IMG/VR virus record: IMGVR_UViG_2882649382_000014
Reading direction: 5' to 3' (one strand)
DNA from: an uncultured virus (IMG/VR IMGVR_UViG_2882649382_000014)
Lineage: Duplodnaviria > Heunggongvirae > Uroviricota > Caudoviricetes
DNA length: 64,000 nt
Shown here one piece after another: positions 10,501-20,371 of the stretch (its first letter is position 1; every line of letters begins with the position of its first letter). A program made the position numbers and the translations under genes. The notes beneath the pieces were generated by a model. The model made no database searches, had not been told where the DNA came from, and worked only from the letters and a program-made list of their open reading frames with translations.

Positions 10501-11923
10501 TTAGGTATAGGAAATAATCATTTGTAAAGACAGGGTTTTCCTTTGTACTGGTGCTTGCATAGATAATGTTTCCATATACATTTTTTAAAGGCAGCGTTTT
10601 TGTGGCGGCATATTCATCCTTTAATGTTACATTATCTTTTTCATAGGCGTTTTTCAGGTAAATATGGACAGAAAAAGTTATGGAAGAATTACTTGAGCCA
10701 GATAATGACATTTCAACAGAATATGTTTTTGGCGCGGCCATTCCGGCAAGCCTGTTAACAGAGCGGAGTATGCTGTCGGCAGTCTGGTGCTCTGTTGTTT
10801 TGCATGCAAACGTTATTTTGGTGAAGATTTCATGGAATACAGATTGGGCTGCTGTCTTATTTTCTTTTTCTTCTGGCATCAGTCCGGATTCATAATATAA
10901 CTTTTTTTCCAGGGATGAAGTGTAGCTGTCCCACAGGCTGTTATATCTGCCCTGGTAAGAGGAAACCAGGCGTTCCCTGTCCTGCAATGCTTTCTGTAAA
11001 GACAGCGACATCTGCGATACCTGGTGGCTGGAAAATTTCCAGATATAGTTCCCGTCCATCAGTCGGATATTTAGCAGGTTGGTAATCAGCTCATCTGCCC
11101 CTTCAATTTTAAAGCAGTTTTTCACAGAATCTTTATTTCCTGACAAGGTAACAGATTCTGTAAGGTTATAATGGTCTAAGAATATCCCGGTATCTTTCCC
11201 ATAGCCATAAGATACATAATCAGAGGAATTGCAGTGTCTGCATACCCCATTTTCAACATTCCTGTAATCGCTGCTTTGTATGCAGGAAGCACGGCTGCAG
11301 TGGTCTTTTAAATCATAGCAGTTGATTTCCCTTTTAAAATTGTCAAAAATAAAAATACATTCCAATTCTTCAGCAACAGTCTGCAGGAAATCATATACTG
11401 TTTGGCCGTCACAGGAAAATGTCCTTTGTATGCACGCTACGGATGCATCTACATGTCCGATTGTATAATGCGGCATGGATTGGAAGATTCTGTGGAGCAG
11501 GGAACCTTCATGGTTTGAAGGGTTATATAAAATAGTTTCTGCATAATCATCCCGTGCAATGTCTTCTTCTGTATTGATTTGCAAGGTAATATTTGTCTGG
11601 GAAGTTTCTGCTTCCCCCAGAGAGATTCCGGTTACTTGTTTGTAAGTACATTCTTCTGTAGTAACAGGGGCGGCGATTTCAAAATATCCTTTCCCTTCTA
11701 CAAGGATAACCTGGATATTGTCTATTTGCGTCCAAAATGGGTTTTCTTCCCCATTATTGTATTTGTATATTTTAAAGTTTACTTCGTCGTTCTGGTTTAA
11801 CCGCATAATCGTATGCAAATCTTCAACAGGATATAATTCGCCCAGCCTGTGTAATGACCTGTCGCAGATAAATATTTTATCCTGTTCCACAGAACCGTCA
11901 ATATTTACTATAAATTGGCTCAT
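7598..11923 (-). CDS. Tail spike/Tal-like protein with C-terminal intramolecular chaperone (peptidase S74-like)
   Basis: 1441 aa after Dit; C-terminal TSDLKKKNVI...LNPIRYTFK...HMGFGAQHV...LKYNEF..coiled coil. Confidence 0.8.
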   Translation of the reverse strand: MSQFIVNIDGSVEQDKIFICDRSLHRLGELYPVEDLHTIMRLNQNDEVNFKIYKYNNGEENPFWTQIDNIQVILVEGKGYFEIAAPVTTEECTYKQVTGISLGEAETSQTNITLQINTEEDIARDDYAETILYNPSNHEGSLLHRIFQSMPHYTIGHVDASVACIQRTFSCDGQTVYDFLQTVAEELECIFIFDNFKREINCYDLKDHCSRASCIQSSDYRNVENGVCRHCNSSDYVSYGYGKDTGIFLDHYNLTESVTLSGNKDSVKNCFKIEGADELITNLLNIRLMDGNYIWKFSSHQVSQMSLSLQKALQDRERLVSSYQGRYNSLWDSYTSSLEKKLYYESGLMPEEKENKTAAQSVFHEIFTKITFACKTTEHQTADSILRSVNRLAGMAAPKTYSVEMSLSGSSNSSITFSVHIYLKNAYEKDNVTLKDEYAATKTLPLKNVYGNIIYASTSTKENPVFTNDYFLYLKQQLELSLENSEASESIISFDPPVTSPSAPYNPLAYAQYDNEANPQKLPQTHYTMYCINRLQSFRDAYEACSQIVAKLNSGIVSDADKIINGEDGAPKYSNGNTSKILKYINSSGGTSNIYEDLLWKYYKYIACIDARMAYLKSKVSGLKQQIETYGAQIQEIKNLCSMENFLKNYQNGAYGNGLWNELCSFKREDTYKNDNYAGDGYDNATVTENVEGLIKRAEEELADACEVHYSINTTIGNLLTMEEFKPLWDDFCIGNWLRIQIDGDIYRLRLISVSFDYTDVSHIDVEFSDVTKTNSAVADLKSIFQQAASISSNFNSVSRQAEKGYMTNQEFSIMKEAGLDVANTMITNADNQDFVINQYGLTGRMWDDVKNAFDDEQLRIINNLLCFTSDGWKHTRLALGKIFYYNDEASQWEWAYGLNAEVLIANLIMSEMLKIYNKSGTYSITDKGFFINYKDNTIEINAMEPSVTMSKMVNGSRHIYLRYSPADGLIIDGTGRFSGFVLVGNESGNHIKLDPANPSMVIRKNGENIFDFNSDGLGFLKITTGIITGILKSADYVSGSRGMCINLENKSMEIYNDKSEELLSFNLGGNQLMRIGGWNISKDRIYSSTPQNPGTRHVELTADGNIHSYMSGTGNLMENYAARLLDGKYIFGLYDDTSHNFVENHGYIDISQAGFYAASKPAQEAGESRYLLKVDTIHDDVEITGHTDTPSLKLINHGSGDALFCENKYIGKHNNALHCKVFTGDGSSHHIAVFGEEDEHDYSGKRKRRMVFRSFDVKNDDFENGIDNEPCDCGVLGTSTFPWEAAFARDYVTTSDLKKKNVIGTLDKKKSLDFILALNPIRYTFKGSGTRVHMGFGAQHVAQTAKDLNMGDLALYEASVVKDDGSEGYYRENIGDENLSWCLKYNEFEAPAIAAIQSLHEMVTEQWKALEEKETIIREQSRKIDGLTQRLEKLEKLILN

Positions 11924-11924
11924 A

Positions 11925-12806
11925 CTATGGCAACACGCTCCTTATCGTCCGATAACTGAAAGACAGGCGGCAGCTTCCGCCTGATACAGTGTAAGTGTTT
12001 TTCCTGGTTTCATTGGTTTCTGAAAAATTTATCAGCCTTGGGTATTTAAAATTAAAGTCGTTATTAATATTTTCCCGTGTGTGGCTTGTATTTTTAGAAG
12101 TGCTGATCATATGGCTGGCGATGGTGATATGTTCCCCGTTTTTGCAGTTTTTAATTTGCGTGGTATATTGGATAGTGGGAGAGTAGAGGGCGTCCAGGCT
12201 GTTTTGTATCTGGAGGTTTGCAGCGTCAGAAGCCATTACAATGTCAATTTCGTCAAAATATAGCGCGCCGGGCCTGTCGCTGTCATCATAAATTGTGAAA
12301 GAACCTCCGTTGCTGCAGGAAGTTTCAAAAACCTGCATATCACTATACCCAAAGGGCGCATCGCAGGTAATGTCAAGCTGCGCGCCAACAATCATCCCGC
12401 TGTTGCGGATCCATTGTAATGTATTCTGCGTTCGGAAATAGGTGTGTTCGTATTCTTTATATCCGTCCAGCAGAAAACGCAGCAGCTTGTAGCCGTCGGA
12501 CCGTACCAGCCATCTAATCAGAAAGGCGCAGTCCTGTTGTGACAATTCATAATTCCTGTCCCTGTTTTTTTGGCAGTCAAATTTCCCAATCTGGAAACTT
12601 GCCGTTAGCGGGTTTTCATATTTGCTCCCATGGAAATTCCACCGGGATGTATTGGGCGGCTTGGAAGTGGTAAATGTAATCTCATTTCCTGCTGTGCCAA
12701 CGCCATCATTTGAAAATCCATCAAAATTCATAATGTAGTATCCGATATCTGAGGATTTTATTCCGTTAAATTCAAAGCTATCAGCATACATTGGTATTAC
12801 CTCCAA
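11925..12806 (-). CDS. Distal tail protein (Dit-like); start may be 12791
   Basis: Position after TMP; FEFNGIKSSDIGY and ITCDAPFGYS motifs. Confidence 0.7.
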   Translation of the reverse strand: MEVIPMYADSFEFNGIKSSDIGYYIMNFDGFSNDGVGTAGNEITFTTSKPPNTSRWNFHGSKYENPLTASFQIGKFDCQKNRDRNYELSQQDCAFLIRWLVRSDGYKLLRFLLDGYKEYEHTYFRTQNTLQWIRNSGMIVGAQLDITCDAPFGYSDMQVFETSCSNGGSFTIYDDSDRPGALYFDEIDIVMASDAANLQIQNSLDALYSPTIQYTTQIKNCKNGEHITIASHMISTSKNTSHTRENINNDFNFKYPRLINFSETNETRKNTYTVSGGSCRLSFSYRTIRSVLP

Positions 12807-12891
12807 TCTTTAAGGGAATTATAATGCTAAAAAAGCAGGGATTCCCCTGCTTATGATATATGTTTAATGCTTTCTTAGGAACTGTTAATCA

Positions 12892-13152
12892 TTAATGCAT
12901 TAATAGTTCCTTAACTTTTAGTTTCCAGAGCATTAGCCTGTATTTTAAATGGCTTTGTATTCCAATGAATTTCAGCTTGTTTAGCTCCTGGTATTTTTCA
13001 TGTAATTTCTCAATAATATCAGAATATTGCCCCATTAATGCAAGCATTTTTTTATTGATTTCTTCATTGTTAATGGCATGCAGCATTTTGTTTTCATCTA
13101 TTAGCCGTTTATTCTCTATGGTTAATAATTTAATTTTTCTGCTTTTTGTCAT
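12892..13152 (-). CDS. Hypothetical coiled-coil protein
   Basis: 86 aa with AAGGAGG RBS. Confidence 0.6.
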   Translation of the reverse strand: MTKSRKIKLLTIENKRLIDENKMLHAINNEEINKKMLALMGQYSDIIEKLHEKYQELNKLKFIGIQSHLKYRLMLWKLKVKELLMH

Positions 13153-13166
13153 TGTGCCTCCTTATA

Positions 13167-13450
13167 TTATTTTTTGTACAAATCTGAATGAGTCCCTGTA
13201 TCAATTAACGTCAGTGTTAATATATCATCTTCAATAAGATATATTAGCAGCCAATCTGGTTTTGAATGTGACATTCTTTAAATCCATCCCAGTTTCCCTT
13301 TAATGGATGTTCTTTGTATTTTTCTTCAAGTGGGATTCCTTGAAGTAATTTATTCACAACAAAATCTAACAGAGAAATATCTAACCCCCGTTTTTTTGCA
13401 ATTTTTAAACTTTTTTTAAACTTTCCAGATAAGATTAATTTATATTTCAT
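13167..13450 (-). pseudogene. yafQ: YafQ-family toxin, frameshifted
   Basis: HPLKGNWDGFKECHIQ in frame 1; PDWLLIYLIEDDILTLTLIDTGTHSDLYKK continues in another frame after the A-run at 13260-13263. Confidence 0.85.
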
Positions 13451-13722
13451 ATGTCTAAATCCTCCAGTGCTTCTGAAAAGCTGTTATAGCGTTTTGTATT
13501 GGGATCTCTGCTAATTTGTTTTGCTTCTTCCATAGCTTCTATAACCTCTGGTTTAAGTGAAGGATATTTTATTTCAAAAGGAATTCCATTGTGCAAAATT
13601 ACTTGTCTAAGAAACATGTTCACTGCATCAGATAAATTAAGCCCTAATCCTTCTAAAAGTTCCACGGCTTGTTTTTTTGTGTTTTCTTCTATTCTGATTT
13701 GGGTTGGTGTAGTAGTTGCCAT
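13447..13722 (-). CDS. dinJ: RelB/DinJ-family antitoxin
   Basis: TQIRIEENTKKQAVELLEGLGLNLSDAVNMFLRQVILHNGIPF; overlaps the yafQ start. Confidence 0.9.
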   Translation of the reverse strand: MATTTPTQIRIEENTKKQAVELLEGLGLNLSDAVNMFLRQVILHNGIPFEIKYPSLKPEVIEAMEEAKQISRDPNTKRYNSFSEALEDLDI

Positions 13723-13826
13723 AGTATTACCTTCTTTCATTTTTTCCTTATATTACTACGGATGGTATACAATGTCAATTGTTTTATAGAAGGGGCAGTA
13801 GGGCAGCAGTAGCTGCCCTGTAATTC

Positions 13827-16800
13827 CTAAAACCTTCCCAATGTATTAGAGTATGCTTTTGTCATTCCTTTGGCTACGGATTCGTCAATAGCGCTCTGGA
13901 TCATGGTGGATCTTTTAAAGGTATCAACAAATGAGTGTTCATCTACAATTCCACTTCCATCAAGGTGGATTGAAATGCCGCCAACGTTTACATTTTGGGA
14001 GTTGGTGAATGAATTGGTTATTTCTGGCGTCTGTGCCAGTTTTGTGGCATTTTTCATGATATGGCTGGCAGCAGGTGTGATTTCCAGGAATTTACGGAAC
14101 TGCTTTGTCTGTTCAGATGTAAGGACGCTTTCGCCTCTCTGTAATGTGGCGATGCCATCGTCCCCGTTTTGGATGGCGGCTTCATTCAAAACAGAGGCAA
14201 TCCCTCCATTTGCAAAGCCAGCATTTTTCAGCGCATCGCGGATTTTCTTCGCTTCTTTTGAGGTAGGTTTTTTCCCAGAGACTTTTACGCCAAGTATTTT
14301 TGCAAGTTCTTTCATATCAGCCCATGAGGTATAAACCTTGCCGTATTTTTCTGCAAGGTATTGGTTTAATTCGTTTCCATATTCCCCAAAGGTATATTTA
14401 TTGATAAAAGTTGTGGACTGGTTTTTCAGTGACTTACATTTGCTCAGGCTTCCTTTGATTTGGAGGTTTAGTGATTTCAAATAGGCGCCGCTTAGGTCTG
14501 CGTTCTTATCTATTTTGGAAGCATTCGTTCTGTCAGGGGTGTGCCCATTGATATTTTCTGTCAACAGAGGGTTTTTGTCAACGTAATGTGGGCTGCGCTC
14601 AGAACGGTTCATGGAATTTTTTACAGACTCAATGGTAAGTTCAGGCTGGGCAGGTGATTTTACCTGGCCTAGATTGCTGCCATATGCATCGGTAGTAATC
14701 TGATATTGTTTTCCGTTGTAATCTGTATAAGTGCTTGTATAAGTGCCGTCTCCATTCTCTTTTGTGCGAAAGGAGTCAGCATTCCCATAGCCGGTTTTTT
14801 CCAGGGTATCTGCAATGATATAGCCGTTTTCGTCAATTGTCTTGACAACTGCCTCTATCAGGCTGTCCGTATTTTGCAGTGCGTTTTCAAAAAAGTTTTC
14901 CATGTCTTCTGACAGGTTGTCAAGAAGGTCTTCCTGGTCAGAAATCCATTTATCATATTCCGTATCTTTTAGGTCCTGCTGTGCTTCCTCAAGGTTTACC
15001 TTTAGTTTCTGCAGCTTTGCACGGGCTTCCTCGCTGTTATCCCCTGTTAATGCGGCAATCTGCTTCTGGATGTTTGCGATTGATTTTGTCTGGCTTGCAA
15101 TTTTACGCTGGTAATCATATAAGTCTTTTTCCGTTTGCAGCGCCTTTTTGCGTTTTTCAATCAATTCATTCAGTGCGTCAAGCTGTACGTTAAATGCTTC
15201 CTCTACAAGGCTGACAATGGATTCTTTCAGTTCTTCGTCAGCAAGGGCTGCATCGCGGATGGTCTGAATCCATTCCTGCATTTTTTGGTTCTGTGTCTGG
15301 AAATCATCCCCGGTTGTGCCTGCTGCAATCTGCTTTTGGTATTCAGCCATTGCGTTTTGGGCATTTTCAATGGTCTTTTTATTGTTTTCCATCTTATCAA
15401 TCCATAGGGAAATGGAGGTCAGGCCTTCGTCCGTCAGCCCGCCGGCGTCTTTGCTGGTCAGCTTTTTGTGGGAGAGTATGTCAGTCAGGAAGTCAATTTG
15501 GCTGTTTGCGGATGCAATCTGGTCTGCAATGATCGAATATTTCTTTAAATCCAAAGCATTTAACGCCTTCTGCCACTCAATTGTCTGCTGTGTGCAGGAT
15601 TCTATCTGCTGGTCAATGGACAGTAAATCATTCTGCAGGCCGTACCATTCCGGGGAGTAGTATTCAAAACGTTTTCCTGCCTTTTCCAGTTCTGCACGCT
15701 TTTTAAGTAATTTCTTCATCGTATCGGAAGAGGATTCCATCATGTCAGCATACATTTCTTTTGCAGCGTTTTTTCCGGCTGCTTCCAGCGTTGCAATCTG
15801 TGCCTGGATTGTTGCTATTTTTGCATCATTTATGCCAGTTTTGTTGTCATATTCCGCCTGGATGTTGTCATACATTGTTTTGTATGATTCCGCGATTTTT
15901 GCCTGTTCTTCTGCCTGGAGCCGTTTTTGCTCCGCAGTGTTTCCTTCCAGTTCTGCAATTTTAATAAGATGCTCATATTGCTTTTTTAGGCAGTTGAGGC
16001 TTTCGGCTTCATATTTGTTTTTGGTTTTAGCATCTATAGCGTTTGCTTCATACTGCTGGTAAAGATTGTACCTTGCTTCGGCAGAATCTGCACGGTTTTG
16101 GTGGCGTTCCACATTTTTTTCCCGGATTTTAGAAATTCTTTCTTCCTTTGCAAGCTTTTTGTCTCGTAAAGCATCTGTTACAAAATCAACACTGTTGTTG
16201 TAATCCACAAGCTTCTGGTATACATATTTATCAATGTTTGATACCTTTTTTAAAAGGGATTTGGGGATTTCTTTCTTCTGTTTAATTTTATTAATAATTT
16301 TCTTTTTGACAGATTCCGGGATCTTTTTTGATTTATTTACAGACGTTTTTGCTTTTTTGCCGGCCTGATTTCGGAATCTTTTTGCCCGTGTATAATAATT
16401 GTTATATGCTTTGTCTTCAGCAGGGAATGTGTTTATTTCTTTTCGGAGGATTTTGTTCTTTTGGTCTGTGGTGGTGGCATTGGCGTACCGTGCTTCCAGA
16501 TAGGTGCGTTTCCTTTCATTGCTATCTAGCTGCATTTCTAATTTCTGTTTTGAAAGTTCCCTGATGGAAGCAGACAATTCAAGGGTTGCTTTTCTGGCAT
16601 CCTGTGCTTTATCATAGTATGCCTCATATGTCTGTATGATGTTGGCAATGCTTGATTTGTAAGATCTGATATTATATGAGCCGTTTTGGAGCATTTTAAG
16701 AGAAATGCCATTTTTAGTCAGAACTTTTTTGTTACTGTTATAATAACTGCCTGCTTTTTTTTGGTATCTTGCAGATGCTTTTTCTTGTGCTGTAAGAAGT

Positions 16801-19439
16801 TTTGAGGTTTCCTTTATCTGGTTGTTGAGGTTTCTATTCTTCTTTGGTGTTGAAAACAGGTTTTCAAATTTTGTTTTCAACATATCCACTTTATCTTGCA
16901 GGAAGGTAAGTTTTTGTGACAGCCAGTCAATTTCCTGTTTGGATTCCTTGACGGGCTCTGGTTTTATAGAAGAATTTTGGTTATTTGATTCGGGAATTTT
17001 TGGGGATTTTGGTGAAAAGACAGGTTTTTTAGATCTGGCAGCTTTTTCTCTGGCAGTTTCTATCTCCTTTTTGGATTTGCGTTGTGCTTCTGCAAGTTCT
17101 GAAGTGGAGACGCTGCTTGGATTTTCCATTAATTTACGATATGCAGAAAGGGCAGTTGTAGTTCCGCCGATTGCATCAACTAAAGCTATCAGGTTATCTA
17201 TGTCTGATAATGAGTCTAGAGAAACGCCATTTGCTATTTGCTTTTCAAGAGCCAGTCTGTATAATGCATTTGTGGTTTCATCGGACCATTTTTGTTCTTC
17301 TGCAAGTGCTGTGATTTCATTGTAAGTTGCATTTGCAAGGTCAAGTGTTGTTGCCTTTGCCCACTGTTTTTCTGCACTTAATTCTGCTTCCTTCTGTATT
17401 AGCATGCTTTTTACAATAATATCTGCATTTTCAATTCCCATTGCCTGCAATTCTGCAATATAGCATTCTTTATTAGAGCTAGTCAGATTGGCCAGGAAGT
17501 TATTGCTGTTTATATATGCATTTGCCAGTTGGCTTGCTGCTTCCCGACAGTCAGCCATAGTAGATGAACCGTTCCCCAATACTTCATAAAAGTTTTCATA
17601 TGCTTCTGTACAGGATTTAATATCGTCTGGCATAGAACTGAGTATATCAGAGCCAATGCCGTTTTTTTCGGTGCTTTTATCACTGAGGTTTTCCTGCTTC
17701 TGGCTTAATATATCGGAAATGGAAGAGATGCCTGTCTTCATGGAAGCCAACTGTTCAACAGAGGAAACTTCTTTTAGCTGGTTGATATGCTTAACGGTTT
17801 CTTTTGCAGAAAGGCCAACCTGGTTTAGCCATGACTTAGCGCCAGTAGTTTTATTAAATGATTCTTCTGTAAGTTTTCCTTGTTTTGCCAGGGCTAAGAG
17901 TTCATCTTTAAGATTTTGTAAGGCGGCATCCTCTGGATTGTCCAGGGCGTCCCAGGCTTTGTCAAACCCAATAGCGATGTCATTGTTAACGCCCTTTTTC
18001 CAGGCTTCGGCATACGCCTGCCCATATGCTTCTGCTGTTTGAAAATCATTGCGGTCCGGGAGCGGGAAATTAAAGTCAAAATCATAATATTCGCCTAAAT
18101 CTTCTTTTTGTATATTTTTTAGTACAGAGTCTGCTTCCTGCATTGTCAGCCCTTTTTCCATTAATTTATTATGGATAATAGAACGCTGCTGTTCTTCTGT
18201 TAACCCCTGGAATCTTTCTTTAGTCTGTTCAAGGGTGTAGGAATAGAGCAGGTAGGCATCCTGGGCTTTTAAGGCAGAGTTGTATTCTTTTTGTTGTTCA
18301 GATGTTAAAGTGATTCCTGCATCTGTAAGCGATTTGTATGCGTCTATAAGTTTGCCAACAATTTTTGCATCCTTGCTGACCTTTTTATTAAAGTTTTCTG
18401 CATTAAATCTATCTTCAGTTAAATCGCCATGGCTGGCCATATCCTGGTAGGCAGTAAGATTATCTTGCAGCCTGTCTATGGCATTGCCTTTTTTTGCTAC
18501 AGGATGTGTGTTTCCTTCATCGTCGTAACGGACATAAAAATACTGTGTTTTATTATCAACTTTTGTTTTTGCTTTTCGCAGCAGTTCTTCTGCATCATCT
18601 GCCCGCTCTTTTTCCCTTAATGCAATTTTCCGCTCCAATTCATCATTCGTTTTTTGCAGGGTTTTCAGTTCATTTTCCTCTGCTATGGAGATTGTGCCAT
18701 TATTGGCTAACTCTTGCAGTTCACTGATCCTGCTTTTTGTGGAATCTAACTGTGCCTGAAGGCTGTTGACTTCCTGTGTTGTCTGGTTAAACTTTTCCTG
18801 GGCGTCATCTAATGCCTCGTTTTCCTTTTCTTCTTTATGGATTAGGTAATCAATTCCAGAGATTAAGGCACTGATTGCTTCTCCAATTGCTATCATTGCA
18901 ATGGAGTTGAGCGTTGCAGAGAGTACCTTGGTTGCAACTGTGGCAGCTTTTGCACCAAGTGTCTGTTGTTTCAGGGCGTTGTTGTGGGCAATTGCTGATT
19001 CCCGGGCAGCTTTGTTGGCGTTGATAAGGTCTTCTACGCTGGCTTTTTGGAGGTCAGTCTTTTGGATAAAGTCAACAATGTATCTTTTGGCACCGTTGTA
19101 AGTTTTAAAATAGTTATTCCAACTAGTAGTGCCTGCATTTACTTGCGCCTGAATATCCTGCAATTCTTGTAATAGATTTTCAGCGTCAGGTTTTTCTAAT
19201 TTTTCAAGGTAGGAGTCTATATTGCTATTTGTAACAATTTCACCTGATGGTGTAGTTTTCCAGGACATATTATTTTGGGGTATAAGTGCTGTTGCAAATG
19301 CATTTTTAAACTTTAAAAGCAAGTTTTCTCCTTCGTTAAAGGATTCTTTTATTTGTGTCCACCATTCTGCAAAACTGCGTTTACTAAACCCAATTTTATG
19401 ATTAAGGTCATCCAAGTCACTGTTAAATGTTTTGATAAT
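13827..19439 (-). CDS. Tape measure protein, exon 2 (1870 aa)
   Basis: Long helical/coiled-coil ORF with C-terminal GFANGG...LQRGESVLT motif; upstream of Dit. Confidence 0.85.
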   Translation of the reverse strand: MIKTFNSDLDDLNHKIGFSKRSFAEWWTQIKESFNEGENLLLKFKNAFATALIPQNNMSWKTTPSGEIVTNSNIDSYLEKLEKPDAENLLQELQDIQAQVNAGTTSWNNYFKTYNGAKRYIVDFIQKTDLQKASVEDLINANKAARESAIAHNNALKQQTLGAKAATVATKVLSATLNSIAMIAIGEAISALISGIDYLIHKEEKENEALDDAQEKFNQTTQEVNSLQAQLDSTKSRISELQELANNGTISIAEENELKTLQKTNDELERKIALREKERADDAEELLRKAKTKVDNKTQYFYVRYDDEGNTHPVAKKGNAIDRLQDNLTAYQDMASHGDLTEDRFNAENFNKKVSKDAKIVGKLIDAYKSLTDAGITLTSEQQKEYNSALKAQDAYLLYSYTLEQTKERFQGLTEEQQRSIIHNKLMEKGLTMQEADSVLKNIQKEDLGEYYDFDFNFPLPDRNDFQTAEAYGQAYAEAWKKGVNNDIAIGFDKAWDALDNPEDAALQNLKDELLALAKQGKLTEESFNKTTGAKSWLNQVGLSAKETVKHINQLKEVSSVEQLASMKTGISSISDILSQKQENLSDKSTEKNGIGSDILSSMPDDIKSCTEAYENFYEVLGNGSSTMADCREAASQLANAYINSNNFLANLTSSNKECYIAELQAMGIENADIIVKSMLIQKEAELSAEKQWAKATTLDLANATYNEITALAEEQKWSDETTNALYRLALEKQIANGVSLDSLSDIDNLIALVDAIGGTTTALSAYRKLMENPSSVSTSELAEAQRKSKKEIETAREKAARSKKPVFSPKSPKIPESNNQNSSIKPEPVKESKQEIDWLSQKLTFLQDKVDMLKTKFENLFSTPKKNRNLNNQIKETSKLLTAQEKASARYQKKAGSYYNSNKKVLTKNGISLKMLQNGSYNIRSYKSSIANIIQTYEAYYDKAQDARKATLELSASIRELSKQKLEMQLDSNERKRTYLEARYANATTTDQKNKILRKEINTFPAEDKAYNNYYTRAKRFRNQAGKKAKTSVNKSKKIPESVKKKIINKIKQKKEIPKSLLKKVSNIDKYVYQKLVDYNNSVDFVTDALRDKKLAKEERISKIREKNVERHQNRADSAEARYNLYQQYEANAIDAKTKNKYEAESLNCLKKQYEHLIKIAELEGNTAEQKRLQAEEQAKIAESYKTMYDNIQAEYDNKTGINDAKIATIQAQIATLEAAGKNAAKEMYADMMESSSDTMKKLLKKRAELEKAGKRFEYYSPEWYGLQNDLLSIDQQIESCTQQTIEWQKALNALDLKKYSIIADQIASANSQIDFLTDILSHKKLTSKDAGGLTDEGLTSISLWIDKMENNKKTIENAQNAMAEYQKQIAAGTTGDDFQTQNQKMQEWIQTIRDAALADEELKESIVSLVEEAFNVQLDALNELIEKRKKALQTEKDLYDYQRKIASQTKSIANIQKQIAALTGDNSEEARAKLQKLKVNLEEAQQDLKDTEYDKWISDQEDLLDNLSEDMENFFENALQNTDSLIEAVVKTIDENGYIIADTLEKTGYGNADSFRTKENGDGTYTSTYTDYNGKQYQITTDAYGSNLGQVKSPAQPELTIESVKNSMNRSERSPHYVDKNPLLTENINGHTPDRTNASKIDKNADLSGAYLKSLNLQIKGSLSKCKSLKNQSTTFINKYTFGEYGNELNQYLAEKYGKVYTSWADMKELAKILGVKVSGKKPTSKEAKKIRDALKNAGFANGGIASVLNEAAIQNGDDGIATLQRGESVLTSEQTKQFRKFLEITPAASHIMKNATKLAQTPEITNSFTNSQNVNVGGISIHLDGSGIVDEHSFVDTFKRSTMIQSAIDESVAKGMTKAYSNTLGRF

Positions 19440-19510
19440 CATACTATTATTTATAGAAGTTGTGGAGTACTATAGAAGGCGGAGACTATTAAGATGAATT
19501 AGGGTATTAG

Positions 19511-19539
19511 TTGAAAAGTATGGTTATCTTTGGTATTAT
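19511..19539 (+). promoter_or_regulatory. Sigma70-type promoter of the intron passenger gene
   Basis: TTGAAA-17 bp-TATTAT with extended TG; AGGAGG RBS before ATG 19571. Confidence 0.7.
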
Positions 19540-19570
19540 TAGATTATATAATAAGAGGAGGAGATGTATT

Positions 19571-20035
19571 ATGGCGTTATATTATTGTGATAAATGTGGT
19601 CATTTATGGCAATATCATGGTGGAAAACAAGATGATATATGTGATATTTGTAAAAATCGGCTTAGGCCAGTGCCCGACGAATATTTTGAAAACCCTGATT
19701 TTAAAGTATTGCTTAGTAAAGATATGGAGCAAAAGCTAATTCGTGACCTTGTTCTGACATCCCCAAACTTTGATCAGTATTATTTTGATAATAAAGACGA
19801 TATACAACTTCAGCAATGGGAGGAATATAGGGCAATGATGGAACATGGCAGGGCGGTTCTGGAAGGCCGTGATATTGGCAACCAATATGGCGTGTCCTGT
19901 CCATATTGCCACGCGACTAATGTAAAGAGGATTTCGGTTGCTTCCAAAGCATTGCATACAGCAGTTTTTGGGATTTTCAGCATGGGCAGGAACAGTAAGC
20001 AGTGGCATTGTAACCATTGCAATAGTGATTTTTAA
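19571..20035 (+). CDS. Cys-rich double zinc-ribbon protein, antisense inside the intron
   Basis: 154 aa; four CxxC pairs (CDKC, CDIC, CPYC, CNHC); short hydrophobic segment ALHTAVFGIF. Confidence 0.8.
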   Translation: MALYYCDKCGHLWQYHGGKQDDICDICKNRLRPVPDEYFENPDFKVLLSKDMEQKLIRDLVLTSPNFDQYYFDNKDDIQLQQWEEYRAMMEHGRAVLEGRDIGNQYGVSCPYCHATNVKRISVASKALHTAVFGIFSMGRNSKQWHCNHCNSDF

Positions 20036-20115
20036 GATGCTGCCTGTTTTACATACCGATAAAATGTTCTCCGTTTTTTCCACGATGGCAAGGAGAAGTC
20101 CATACATTACCCTGT

Positions 20116-20185
20116 TTCTTCTTAGGTGCGGAGTCTTACCTGACGAGGTGTTTTAAGTCTGGAAAGGCTTCGCACCTTTTTTATT
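20116..20185 (+). terminator. ~70-bp hairpin/terminator, direct repeat copy 1
   Basis: AGGTGCG...CGCACCT followed by a T-run; similar to 20372-20446. Confidence 0.65.
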
Positions 20186-20323
20186 CTCGCGTATGCAACG
20201 AGCCAAACGCAAGCTTGCTTGCGCTTGGCGACTGCGCGTGGGTCAAATACCCCGCCCCTCTGAGTCGAACAAGCTAAAGAGAAGCTAGGTCATGCTCCGT
20301 TGCTCTGCGGCGGGGTATTTGAC
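20180..20323. repeat. Palindromic MITE/REP-like repeat, copy B
   Basis: Perfect 15-bp inverted ends GTCAAATACCCCGCC(20242-56)/GGCGGGGTATTTGAC(20309-23); similar to 9-190. Confidence 0.75.
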
Positions 20324-20371
20324 TTTATAGGAAATTGCGCTGATTTGAGAATGAAGAACGCTGGTTTTGCG

